Assembly (NCBI RefSeq): GCF_009914755.1
Contig: NC_060934.1
Origin: the human T2T-CHM13v2.0 reference genome, Homo sapiens
Length of the DNA: 64,000 nt
Direction: 5' to 3' (one strand)
The notes under the pieces are model-generated. The model was not told the DNA's origin, searched no databases, and saw only the letters and a list, made by a program, of their open reading frames with translations. This document shows positions 15,814-30,203 of this stretch, piece after piece; the first letter of the stretch is position 1, and each line of letters starts with the position of its first letter. The position numbers were made by a program, and so were the translations under genes.

Positions 15814-15934
15814 TTTGAAGAGTGATTTTTTTAGATGGTGATTTTTGTGTGAAATAATATTTACAGTTTGTTAAAGTGGTATCATCTCTCTTTGCACGTT
15901 TACATGAATGTGTATTCAATGCATGTTGTCTTGA
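15814..15934 (+). repeat. copy 2 of ~120-bp direct duplication
   Basis: See copy 1; minus-strand ORFs give near-identical peptides LNTHTCKHAKRNDTTLTNCKY and LNTHSCKRAKRDDTTLTNCKY. Confidence 0.9.
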
Positions 15935-16499
15935 GTTGAGAATTTTTGTCTTGATTTTTCCTTGCTTCAACTTGATTTCCTAGGGAGTCTAAAAGTTTCA
16001 CACCTTGGAGTTTTAGAGTAGATTCAAGAAATGATCTAGCTCACTCTTGTCTCTTTCCCAGGGACTGTTGGTTGATATCTGGCACAGACAGATAGGAAGT
16101 GAAGAATGTGGCACATCCTTAGACTGCCCGTTGGTGAGATCTGAAACTAAGTTTCTCATGACTGGACTGTATTTCTTTAGCTGCTGGGTGTGAAAAGCCC
16201 CAGACATTGGCTTCTGCTTCTTTCACCATCATTATGATTTGTGGGCATTGATGCTAGGCCTGGAATCCCTGCAGCATTCATCTCTGCTGGGGTTCTCTAA
16301 TACAGCGGCTGAGAACGGTGCTAATTCCAGCTGCCAGCATGATCCTCCTTCCCTGGCAAGAGGGAGCCCCGCTCAGAGAACATTTAAATACCGTAGAACC
16401 ATCCCTGTTACAGGTTTCCTTTGGGATGCTCTTGACGCAGGAAATATGGCTTATTCTCATAAATACTTTGAGATGTACTTCAGTTTCTCCAAACTTTAT

Positions 16500-17160
16500 G
16501 CATAACAACACGACTGTAACAACAAAAAGGGAAATTCTTGAAAGAAAAAATATTAGCAGTAATCTCTTTGTCAGATTGTTATTTTTCTCTTTTGTGTTCC
16601 TTCCTTTTATTTTTGGTCATGTGCATATATTTTAAAGTATCACACATGGTTTTACATTCTATTTTCCTGTTAACATTATGATGTAAAAAGACTTTTCTTG
16701 CAGTTGCATCCTCTTCATAATTTAATTTTTCATGATGGCATTGGCGCTGCCAAAGAAAGTCACTTTCCCATGCCAGGAGAAAAGACCATCTCTCCTGTGG
16801 CTGCCTCGAAGCCCCCAGGCCTAGAAACGTCTCCAATCAGGAAACAGAAGCCTCCAGTGGATCATCTTCAGGGATCGCTGGAGAACCACGTGGGCATGTA
16901 CACATACCTCCTCACTGAGCTGACTTACCCAAAGTTATTATTCACCTACTGATGGACAATGATGGTTCTAGTTTTTCTGTCTTATCAATACTATAGTAAT
17001 GGCTTTCTTCATGCATGTCATTTTGGAATATTTTCTCAGAATGGGATTATTATTTCTAAGCGTATGAATATTTTTATTGCTTTTGATATATTAGCCACAT
17101 TGCTTTACAATAAAGTTGTACCTGTTTAAAAAGTTAGCAGTAACATAGGAGGATATTGGT
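16500..17160 (-). mobile_element. very old L1ME-like fragment, interrupted at ~16737-16912
   Basis: cacctactgatggaca...gtatgaatatttttattgcttttgatata...cacattgctttacaataaagttgtacc. Confidence 0.6.
16737..16912 (+). repeat. inverted, diverged copy of CpG-island segment 18292-18455
   Basis: Shared 20-bp ccaggagaaaagaccatctc and atcttcaggg(a/g)tcgctggagaacc blocks; about 70-75% identity by manual alignment. Confidence 0.88.
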
Positions 17161-17179
17161 CTCACAATAACTAAGCGGA

Positions 17180-17375
17180 ACCACTCTGCCCAGCTTTGAA
17201 TTCCAGCTTGACACTTGGCATTTACCAGCTGTGTGAACTTCTGCAAAGTATTTAACCTACCTGTGCCTCAGTTACTGCCTCTTTAAAGTGGGAGTGACAC
17301 AGTACCCACCTCATAGGTCTATTATTGGGAATGAGTATTTGTATATTGCTCAGAACAGTGTCTACCAAAGTATTA
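17180..17375 (+). mobile_element. MIR SINE
   Basis: accagctgtgtgaact...tttaacctacctgtgcctcagtt...cacctcatagg. Confidence 0.8.
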
Positions 17376-17799
17376 TGCATTGTGCGCTCGTGAAACAAAC
17401 ACCTCTCCAGCTCAAGATTTTTTTTAAAAAACTAATTTAATAGAAGTAAAATGACACTGTTTAAGATATATATATATATGTATATATATCGACATGCTTA
17501 TTAACCGTATTTACAAGAAACACTCCCTTTAAATCTCTTTATTGGTAAAGATATCTTTTAAAATGTTAATTTACAGAAGAGATCCATTCTGGTGTGATTA
17601 TTGATATTATGTAGGAATTCTTTTTCAGCTTTTACAGAGTTGCTATCCCTTTAGGGTGGAGTCTCATCACCAAAATATCACCTGGGACCCGAGGTGCTGA
17701 GGCTCATAATCAGCCACTTAGCTCTGAAGACTTCAAATTCACCCCAGAGGGACAAACTTAGGGGGTATTTTAGGGCCCTATTAGGGACTCTTCTTCCTA

Positions 17800-18455
17800 T
17801 CTTGTCCGATGACGGCTCTCGGAGGCTCCTGGTTTTGATGTCTGGCATTGCTTTTACCCGGTGGGCTTCAGGGAGCCGTCCCTGCCGCGCTTTGCGTTTC
17901 TCCGCGCACTTGGACAGGGTTCTGCCACGAGGGAGGCGATGCCTGGCGCCGCGGGTGGGGGCAGTGGTGAGACTTCGGCCCCTGGTGGCCGGAGAGGTCG
18001 CAGCACTTGTCAGTTTATGGCTCCCTCGGCTTTCCCCTTCTTAATCCGCTTTCTGCTGAGCTCTCCGAATAATTCAACCCTCGTGTTTGAAAACTAGAAG
18101 CCTGAGAGGTCTCAGCGAGACAGTCAAAGGGGAGGCTCCCCTCGCCGAGTGTCACCCGGGACCCTGCGTCCCCGCTCTGCAGAGACCTTCTCTCCGGGCT
18201 GCTGCCGTCCTCCCTCGCCCGGCGGAGCTTCCGTGATCGTCAGCCAAAGCCCCCGGGGCGGTGCGCCGCAGGCGGTCTTCCCGGGTGTTCGCGGAAGCTG
18301 CGCGCTCGCGCCCCCACGGTTCTCCAGCGACCCCTGAAGATGCTTCCGTCCGCGGATAGGGGACGTTTCAGACCTGGGGTGGGCACAGCGGTCCCCGGTG
18401 AGATGGTCTTTTCTCCTGGAGTGGGAAGGCAACTTTCTTTTGGAGTGCCAGTGCC
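17800..18455. promoter_or_regulatory. CpG island (orphan/intragenic promoter or enhancer candidate)
   Basis: About 650 bp, high GC with dense intact CpG (e.g. cgcggaagctgcgcgctcgcg), GC box ggggcgg, ETS-like cggaag, CTCF-like ggccaccaggggccg on the minus strand at ~17976-17990. Confidence 0.8.
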
Positions 18456-18489
18456 CCCAGAGTGCTAGGTTGTACCGTGGACTTGTACT

Positions 18490-19340
<851 letters not shown>

Positions 19341-21121
19341 TACTCTTAAGATAATGTCACTAAGGCCACAGGCGAGGAGAGCTTAGAAGGTACTGGCTGC
19401 TGAAGTCTGTGTGATCTGAAACCTAGATGTATATTCTGCAATCTGCTTGTTTCCAACTCCCCACATTCTGAGGACAGTGGCCTATATTGAAACTGGAGGA
19501 ATGAGGTTTACTTGTGTTTCAGGGATTGAAGTGGTACTAGAGGTTGTGTTGGATTGCTAAGTTCAGAGAGCCATCAGAAATTGTTATGAGCTTGAGTCAC
19601 ATAAAAATGGAATATCCTTTACTGTGGGTGGCATAGCTTTTTAGGGTTGGCTTCCTAAACATTTTGGGGAGAATGAATCTACCAGCAGAGAAGCTTTCCT
19701 TTGGCAGTCTGAGGGTGTATCTTCCTGAGGCAAGGCCAGACTTGAGGATATTCTAATCCTCCTTCCTGCATTTTTATATTGCAATTTCTTGCCAAACTTG
19801 CTGCCTGAAGAGAGACGATATCTCTTTAAGGGTGCATTTTAGTTCATTTGTGTGTCAGGTGGGTGGGAAGTAATATAAAACTCATTTATGGCTACTCAGT
19901 CTGCAAACATATTGGAAGGAAGGGCTGGGCTTTAATATCTGTGTAGGATGGAAGTCATTTTTGAGTTATAGTCAATTCTTATGTTCTGTAAAATCCATTA
20001 GAAAACCTGTACCCGTATCAGTTCACATATTCTGCACCTGGCTCTCCTGTTCATGGGGAATTGCTTACAACAGGGAACTCTTAAAACCAAGACTGCTGTT
20101 TTTGCCCCACTACTTTCAGGTTAGAGCAGGATTCCAGTGTCCTGAAGTTTAAACACATTCTGAGCATCCTCTGAGAATCATTCCCAATTCCAAGCCCATT
20201 TCCAGACGATGAGCAGACTTGAATTACATAACCTGTAGCTACACATTTTTGTCGTGACCACGCAAGCTCAATAATGTCTCCCAAGTCTTGTAGATCACTT
20301 TGAAGCTCACTGGATTAATGGTGTTGAATCTGTTTAATCCAAATAATTTGAATTGCATCAGGAAACCTGCATATTAACAAGCTGGTAATAAGTGCAGGCG
20401 TTAAGATTGATCACTGCTTAAGTCTTCAAGATCACATACAAGGTCTGGTGTTTTTGAGGCTGTCGATGTACTATATTTTTTAGATTCTTTCTTGATTTCA
20501 TTCTGCACTCTTGACATTTAAAATAATTTAAATCAATAACTTCAGAATTCTCCCACCGGAGGATATGCCTATTTGATGTGATTGTGTGTCTGTGTGTGTG
20601 CACACACTAGCTCTGTATTATTGCCTATGGAGGACATAGAAATATATCATATACTGTCCTCAAGGAGCTTGCAACCAAGTTGTGGGGATAAGGCAAACAA
20701 AGTCAAAATATCTAATACACGTTCCAAGGCAGGATGCAATTCTGTATCCATGGTACATTGCTGATTGCTGATGATGCTCTAAATGCTGACTCTAAATGGT
20801 GGACTGCAATTTGTCTGGAAGAAGAAGAACAATGGATCATCTGTGTTTGGGGGAGACTTCATGGAGGTGGGATTTGGGGGAGCCTTGAAGAAGTGAGCAA
20901 GTTTTGGATAGGTGGAAGTGAACTTACTGGCTATACCCGGAAAAGAGCAGGATGGGAATAAAGGAAAAGAGAGCCTGTTTTGGTGAATAAGTTTAATATT
21001 GAATTGTGATAGTCAAAAAAATAGGTAGGATGATGGGCTAGGTTTGGGAGGAGGCTCCAAAGTTAAGAAGCGAGGCTTATCCTTGAGATCATGGCCTTTA
21101 CCACAACCAGCACCATCATCA

Positions 21122-21365
21122 TTATGAGCAGCTGTGTCTTGCATTCTTATAATGTGGTTCTGAGGACTTTACATGTAGTATCTTATTTAATCCCCAAACA
21201 ACCTTATGGAACAGATAACAATTGTTATGTCCACTTTATAGCAGAGGAACTGGGATATAAAGAAGTCAACCAACTTCCAGCCGGTAAGGTATGTGGGCAA
21301 GCAGGGGTTCAGATGAACTGAATCAGGCAGCTTGCTTTCAGAGTCTGTTCTTCACCACTGTATAA
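21122..21365 (-). mobile_element. MIR SINE
   Basis: ttatttaatccccaaacaaccttatg...ccactttatagcagaggaactggg. Confidence 0.7.
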
Positions 21366-21442
21366 TACTGTCTCTTGGTGCTTGTTGAAAGCCCCTGTTG
21401 AGATTAACATAGTCCCCCTCAAGTTCTAAGGGAGCCCCGCCT

Positions 21443-21652
21443 TTCAAGTCAGACAGACCTGGGCTCACATTCTGGCTCTACCACTTACCAGCTGTGACCT
21501 TGGAAATTACTTCTCTGAGCCTTGATTTGCTCATTTATGAAAAAGGAAGAATATTTACCTCAGGTTGTTGGGAGCATTAAATGTGATAATATATATAATC
21601 ATTTAGCAGAATGCCTAGCAGAGAGTAAGCAGGCAGGAAATGATAGCTGCTA
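21443..21652 (+). mobile_element. MIR SINE
   Basis: gtcagacagacctgggctc...ccacttaccagctgtgaccttgg...ctctgagcct. Confidence 0.85.
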
Positions 21653-22694
21653 TGGCTTATATTTCACAGATATATGTAGGGTTATAATGCAGTCTCTGAG
21701 AATGAGAAGCAGTGAGGGTGGACATGATTTAGGTAGAGTTTACTTGATAGTCACCTGCAATGATAATTAGCTAACAGATAGTGGGCGCTGGATTTCTTCT
21801 TCTGGAGCATCCCAGGAATGGACTATGAATTCCAGATGTGGTTCTGCTTTGCTCCAAGAACTGACTGCATTTCCTTTTGTCTTCTAAAACCCAGAGGGTA
21901 AAACCAGGACATTTCCATTGTACTGAAATTTGGCATAAAATCTGGTGCCAATTGTACATTCCAGGGGCTGAAATCAGGATATGCTGAAATTCCCAGTGTC
22001 CTCGCTCTGCTGGTTCCCACTTCCTGACGGCGCTGACAGATAAGTGCCCTGCATCTCACAGAGAGAGAAAAATAGATATTTGGAAGTGGTATCTTTTATT
22101 GCCTATAAAGTTAAACAATGCACGAAACAATTATAACCAAGGCAGAGACGTTTAGACAACATGCATAAAAGGAAAAAAACAGTGGAAGAGAAACTTTGCT
22201 CTAAGATGAAATGCTAATTCTAACTATCGCTCTCAGAATTTATGGGGCAACATCACTTAGTACTTCTTACACTCGCGTTCCTGCACATTTCAAACTGTTC
22301 ATATGGTAGTTTTTCTTCTGTATGACATTCTGCAATTGTAGAGTTTTTCTTTATATTACTTCATTCACAAATTTCAAAATTCACAAAGTGTCTATCAATT
22401 AGGAAGAACAACTTCTTGTACTTTTCTGATTTGCAGTCTCCTTGGTTGTGACAAACCTATTTGTTCTTGTCCCTGTATCGTTGATATAATCCAACTTGGC
22501 TTCTTTGGAAGCAACAAATGCTATTTTTTTGCTTCAAATCCAATATTGGTTTTTAAATTTGTGGATGCAAGAGGCTATAAAGAGGTTTAAAATATATGTA
22601 GCTTGAAAATATTAATGTTTTTAAAAAATCTCAGAGTCACTTTAGAATTTTAAAATTTTCAAGTAAGGCTGCAATCAGATAGATACTTGTAGAC

Positions 22695-23388
<694 letters not shown>

Positions 23389-24684
23389 CAGAACTATTTG
23401 GTGCTAAATGGTATTTTGGGAAAACTGGAGTGTTACATATTGTTTAATTTTTCCAAATTTCTGATAAAACGGAAGATCTTAGATAGTTGGTGTGTTCGAT
23501 GGGCATGTATCTCATGTTACTTGTCTTCATGTTGTAGACATCTCTCTAAAAATAATGATACCAACCAGGCTGGTAAAATGGCTTTCTGAATTGTTTTACT
23601 TGAGTCAGAGGGGATTTGCACCCTCTAGATGTTGCTCCTTCACAGCTTAACCCTCGGGGAACTTCATTTTTAATTCATTCAACTGAAAGAAGTATTTACT
23701 GAACACCTATTATGTGCTAGGTGCTGTCTTAGGTGCTGAGTGATGAATGGAATAGGTAATTCTTATGGATGGAGCTTCCTGTCTAGTGAGGAAAACTAAC
23801 ATAAACCAAAAAAATAGGTAACTATAAAACATAAACTGGGATAAATAATATTAAAGAAAAGAAAGGATTTCTTTCAACCTTATCTTTCTTATAGACAATG
23901 TGGGGAAATAGAGCTATGGGAGTACTCAAAAGTTTATCCACACAAAACAAATCCCTATAAAAACCTAACCAAAGAGCAAAGATTAAATGTAATTATGCAA
24001 AAAAATGTTTAGGTGTCAAGGCATTTAAATACATTACTTTGCCATTAAGTGGCTATGAGGGTGTCACTAAATGGAATTCTGTTTCAAGACGTACTTGAGC
24101 TCATAGCATGTTGAGACCATGATCTTCTCATAATTTGGTTCACTTTGATTAAAGCAGCATCATGCCCACTGCAGCATCATCAGAGAAAGGATCTCCTGAG
24201 TTAAGGACACCCATGGAAAGCATCCTATTGTGTGATTTCTCCCTTATTGTTCATTTCTGGGAAGGTACAGTTTGGTTTTGGAAAGCACTCTTGAGTGTGC
24301 AAGGCCGGGGGAGTCTGGGGTCTACTCTTCATCCTGCCACCCACTCCCTTGATCAATGAACTTGGCTTCTCTGAGACTTGGAGATTTGGTTTCCACATCT
24401 GGAATATAAAGGTGTTGAGCCTGATGACCTTGAAAGATTTTTCTAGGTCTAAATTTTATTACAGAAGCAGTGGGCAATAGGAGAATGTTTGGTGGCAGAT
24501 TCACTTCATATCTAATGAAGATGTGACATTTTCATGATATGCTGCAGTAGAGGGAGCACTGGTCCAGGAGTCTGAAAGTTCAAGCTCAGCAATACAGAGA
24601 CTTTTGGAATGACTTGGTTTATGTTCATTCAGGCCTGGAGCACAGATGGGTTCATGCTTTGCTGCAACCCACACTTGGAGATAA

Positions 24685-24932
24685 AGAGGCTCTGCAGTGG
24701 TTTAATATGCAGGTTCTCGGTTCAAATCCAGGATACTCTGCTGAGGAGCCATGGAGACCTGGGCAGGAAACTTGGCCTCCTGGAGCCTCAGGCTTGAATA
24801 TATGAAATGGAGCCTCTGCTTCTTATTTATAAGTACTCCTGTCTTCCTCCCAAGGTTGGCACTAGGATGAAGGCTGTATAAAGTGATTAGCACAGTATCT
24901 GGCACATAGTAAGTACCCAATAAATGCTCATT
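24685..24932 (+). mobile_element. MIR SINE
   Basis: ggttcaaatcc...gacctgggcagg...tagcacagtatctggcacatagtaagtacccaataaatg. Confidence 0.75.
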
Positions 24933-24936
24933 GTCC

Positions 24937-25249
24937 TTTTTCTTCTTTTTTTTATTTTTAATTTTTTTTAGAGATAGAGTCTTGCTCTGTTGCCCAAGTT
25001 GGAATGCAGTGGTGTGATCATAGCTCACTGCGGCCTTGAACTCCTCGGCTCAAGTGATCCTCTTGCCTCAGCCTCATGAGTAGCTGGGACTATAGGCACG
25101 AGCCACCATGCCCAGCTAATTTTTATTTTTTGTAGAGACAGGGTCTCACTATGTTGCCCAGGTGATCTCAAACTAGTGGCCTCAAGCAATCCTCCTGCCT
25201 CACCCTCCTAAAGCACTGGGATTAGAGGCATGAGCCACCGTGCCCAGCC
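24937..25249 (-). mobile_element. Alu (AluJ-like)
   Basis: gatcatagctcactgcggccttgaactcc. Confidence 0.95.
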
Positions 25250-27589
25250 TCTTCTTGTTAATAATTATCATAGTTCCTGTTATTGCAGTTCTTAAGCTGG
25301 GCACATCATGTAAGCCCCTATGTTTTGGTTTCCTGCTTATGGTGTCTGCCTCATGGGGTTGTTTTGAAAATCAGGTGTGACTTTATGCAAGGGCTTTGCG
25401 AGCCCCTGGATCCTCTCTGAAGGGCTGGGCAGGCAAAGCCACAGGCTGGCAGTCTGTCTGTCTGCAGCGTGGCTGTTTCCTGAGAGAGGGCTTGGCTGAG
25501 GGCTGGGAGGCAGGTCCGCCTTCCTCTAGCCCTGATGGACTGGGGCACATGCAGACGCACTTCCCAGCCAGGCAGACAGGCCCAGCACACAGATGGCCAC
25601 AGCGGCGTTCACTTGGTGATTGTCATTCACAGCTCATGCCATCTGGTGCCAGAGACGGTCGGCGGGCACCTCAATCTCAGTTTCATCCCTGGACTGACAC
25701 TGCCCCTTTTAACCTGCTCTTCTCATATTTTGAGATAAGGGCACAGTAGGACAGCACTGTTTCTAAATGACTTTAAGAACAATTATTTAGGCTAATTAAA
25801 AACAATGAAACCCAGAAACTGTGAGTGGTGGCATTAGAGCCGGGAGCCGGGCACCTGTTGTCATGCAGGCTGTCCTGGGGGAGAGCAATTAGTTTGTTTG
25901 GCAAAACCACTGGAATGTTCTTGGTGGGGGCGGAAGTTCAAGTTTGGAGTGGGTGGTGGGTTTGCTCCTTGGATGTGTTGCCTCCTTCGGAGCAGATGGA
26001 GTCGAAAGAATTTTCAGAGTGGGGAGGGGTGGCACTGGCCAGGGAAGGCCCACAGGGCTGTTTTCCCTGTCTGAATGGTCCATTCATAAAATTGCCTCCT
26101 CTTTCTTCTCCTGATGGCACTGGCCACTGCCTGGTTTCCCCCATCTCAGGGGTTCGGTTCTCTCAAAGCTGGGGGAGGAGGAGCTCGGTCAGCTAAAAAG
26201 GTGGTAGGAGCCTCCTTCTCCAAGTCTCATCTGTTCTCCTGGGCTGGCATGATGGATGGCCTCGGGCTGCTGGGTTGTGTGTTCAGTGGCGAGCCAGGAT
26301 TTGCCAAGGGTGTTTGGCTAGCTCGGGGACTGACACATACGGCTAACTAGCGTGGGCTGCGGTGCGCTGTCACGCAATGTGTGTCACCTGGGGGCAGGGA
26401 GGGTGCACGCCTGGGGGAGGCTGTGACCCACCTTTCATAGTGGGGCTTGGCAGGACCTTCTCCTTCACCCCAGCTTTGATGCACCTATACCAGGTTTGAT
26501 CAGTAAGGTTGGAGGAAGACAGGTGCTTCTCGAGGGTCTGTTTGCTCAGCTGCTTCTTCCTGGGGACAGCTGCACCTCCATATTTCCTTCCTGTTTCTCT
26601 CGTGTGCTCCCCTCTCCCCACTCATTTCCATTTACTTCTCTTTCTTTTCCACTTCTTTCTTCTTCAGTCTGTCTCTTATTCTCTCTCTGTATTTTTGCGT
26701 AATTACAGACATGACTTTTTACATTCGTGAAAAATCTTAAGTCTGCCTGGATGGTTTCTGTCTAGGGGGCACTTGCTTGATAGAAGAGAAACAGGGGCAC
26801 CTTCTTCTCGCACATTCCTCACTGACCATGCAGGGACAGCCTTTGAGCAAACAAGGGAGAGACCTCTGCAGAAGGCATTTCACTCCCTTGTCAGGGCTGT
26901 GCGAGAAGCTGGTGACAGAACTGGCCCGGAATCCCAGGGACACACTGTCTCCCCCTGCTGTTAGACCACGTCTCCTCGCAATAGGGTCTGCACCAAACCT
27001 CCTCCTGCCAACACTTCCAAGAAAATCTTCACATCCACCTATCTTTAAGGGTTAGTTTAAGCTTTGAGAAATGGCACAAGAGAGATTTAGATGTCTAATT
27101 TCATCCTCTTGTTTAGTACTTTATATTTAAGTACATGAAACCCTAAACTGTAAGGTATTTGTAAAGGCAGTATTGGTTGAGGCATGCTCTCTGCTAATCT
27201 TTTCTGCCTTCAGGTCACTGGCTTGAAGTGTCAGTGACCTTGGAATTATTTTTGCAGTTGCTTTTAAGCCCTGTAAAGACACCATTGGAAGGTTGAGGCT
27301 GGCCTAGAAATGGCAGCTGCTGCTGCTCCCCGTTAGCCTGAGGTCGGGTGAGGAGTTCATCACAATTACTGTTTAACTTTTTATTTTAAAATGATTTTAG
27401 ACCTACAGAAAATTTGCAAAAATAGTGCAGAGAGTTCCTGTATGCTTTTTACCCAGCTGCACCTAGCGTTAACATCTTGGATAAGCCATGATACATTTAT
27501 CACAACCAAGAAAAGAATATTGGCACACTATTAATAACCACACTACAGACATTTTTTCAGATTTCAACAGTCTTTTCATTAATGTTTCC

Positions 27590-27921
<332 letters not shown>

Positions 27922-28087
27922 TTCACTAATGTGTTTTTCTATTTCAGGATGCAATCCAGGATCCCACCTGGCATTCGTTGTCATGTCTCCATTAGCATCC
28001 TCCAGAATGTGACAGTACCTCAGTCTTTTCTTGTTTTTCATGACCTTGACATTTTTGAAGAGTATTGGTCACTTATTTTGTAGAACA

Positions 28088-28309
28088 CAGATGGAGCCAA
28101 CTTTTTCTATCTAGGGCCAGATAGTAAAGAGTTTTCGCTTTGCAGGCCACATGTTCTCTGTTGCAACTACCCACCTTTACTGTTGTGGCACAGATCAGCC
28201 TCAGACAATATGTAAATAAATGAACATGGCTGGGTCTCGGTATGACTTCATTTATGGAAACGGGCAAAGGTTCACATTTGGTCCTTGGGCTGTAATCTGC
28301 CAACTCCTG
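28088..28309 (+). mobile_element. MER58A hAT DNA transposon
   Basis: agggccagatagtaaa...ctctgttgcaactac...tgccaactcctg. Confidence 0.85.
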
Positions 28310-29842
28310 TTGTGAAAGATTCCTGGATTTGAGTTTGCCTGATGTGTCCTGATGATTAGATTGAGGTTATGTGTGTTGGAAGAAGATTCCCAAAGAGGGG
28401 ATGTGCCCTTCTCAGAGCATCACTTAATTGCTTGCTTAAGGTGGTGTTAACTGTAAAGTTAAAAGCTGCTATTTTTTCTTTGTAATTAAGAATATTTCAG
28501 GGGAGCTACTGTAGGATTATGCAAATATCCTGTTTCTTTTCAAACTTTCACCTGCTAATTTTGGCATTCATCTGTGGAGCTTGCCTACAATAGTTATCAT
28601 TGTCATATTCTAACAGTGATTTTCCATTTCAGTCATTCCTTCTCCATTTATTATTTGGAATTCTTCTGTAAGGAAGAGCTGTTGTTCCTTCTTCCTCGCT
28701 TCTTTATTTATCAAGTATTTATGTCAGTATGGAGTCAGATATTTCTTTTACTTTTTGGGTTATGATGATCACAATTTTTGATTGTGTCATTGATCACAAT
28801 TTTTGATTGTGTCTAATTCTTGTGATCAAGAATTAGATGAGAGCAAAAAATCCAAAAGTGGTTGCTAAGTGTTGGGCTTTTTTTGTTCTCATCGAATTCT
28901 TGACCACCTTCTTGATTTCATAGTCAGCTTTATTCTAATTACAACTTTGTGGGCATCCAGTGCCCTAAGACCTAATAGGTCTGAATTTCATGAACTTGTT
29001 AATGGCAGAAGGCAGTTTTATTTTTTGGCTCAAAGCACTGGTCAGATTTACAATTTCAATCTACAACACAGCTGGTGCTGGTTGAGTTGCAGTAAGAGTG
29101 TCCGCATTAGAGCGATTGGAGCTGGTAATTGGTTTTCATTAATTTTGTGTGCAAGAGGAGATTGGTAATGTTTTCTCGTAAATGCTAGGTCAGGTTTGCA
29201 TTTTGAGAGTGGTTCCAGTTATTATCTCTCCCTCTCCTCTTATTCCTTAAGAGCTTCCTTTTTGTTCTGTTATTTGTTGGGGAAGGTTATTTAAGAGTTT
29301 AAAACCTTGCTTCAGTGAAGAGTTAAAGCGAATTGAGTTTTGTAACTTTTACTTGCTCATTTCTAGATTAAATTAAAATGTCAGTCTAAATGATTTTGCC
29401 TCAATTGGAGAGCCAATCAAGACTTCCAATTCAACTTTCAAAAGCTATTTGACCTGTTTTAAAAAACAAAATGAATATGTTGAGTCAGTTTTTTAAAATA
29501 GGAGAAACTTCTATTTCTATCTACAGTTGAAATTATTCTTAAGGTAACTGTATGGAAGATTAGTGAAATGATTGATGAATGTGGCTTTTATGTTTTTGTG
29601 GGTTCTTTAGATGATTTCAGAAACTTGTAGCTCTTTGCTGGAAGATAATGGAAGAAAAAGAAAAATCAAGTTATATCCTGTGACTAAGAACAGAGTTGTA
29701 TGCCTCACTCTGAAATATTTTTAATTAACTATATTTTGGGGCGGCGGGAGATGAGTAAATTCATTCAGCTCTTAAAGAAAGTCATGGAAATAATTTTTCT
29801 ACAGTGTCAAGGAAAACATTGACAGACAAGAATTGTCATTTG

Positions 29843-30203
<361 letters not shown>

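Noticed and set aside
14263-15970. Two minus-strand ORFs (179 aa and 103 aa) sharing a Cys/His peptide, suggesting paralogous small proteins
   Set aside because: Similarity is confined to the 120-bp DNA duplication; the frames diverge at indels, and the rest is low-complexity with no recognisable domain
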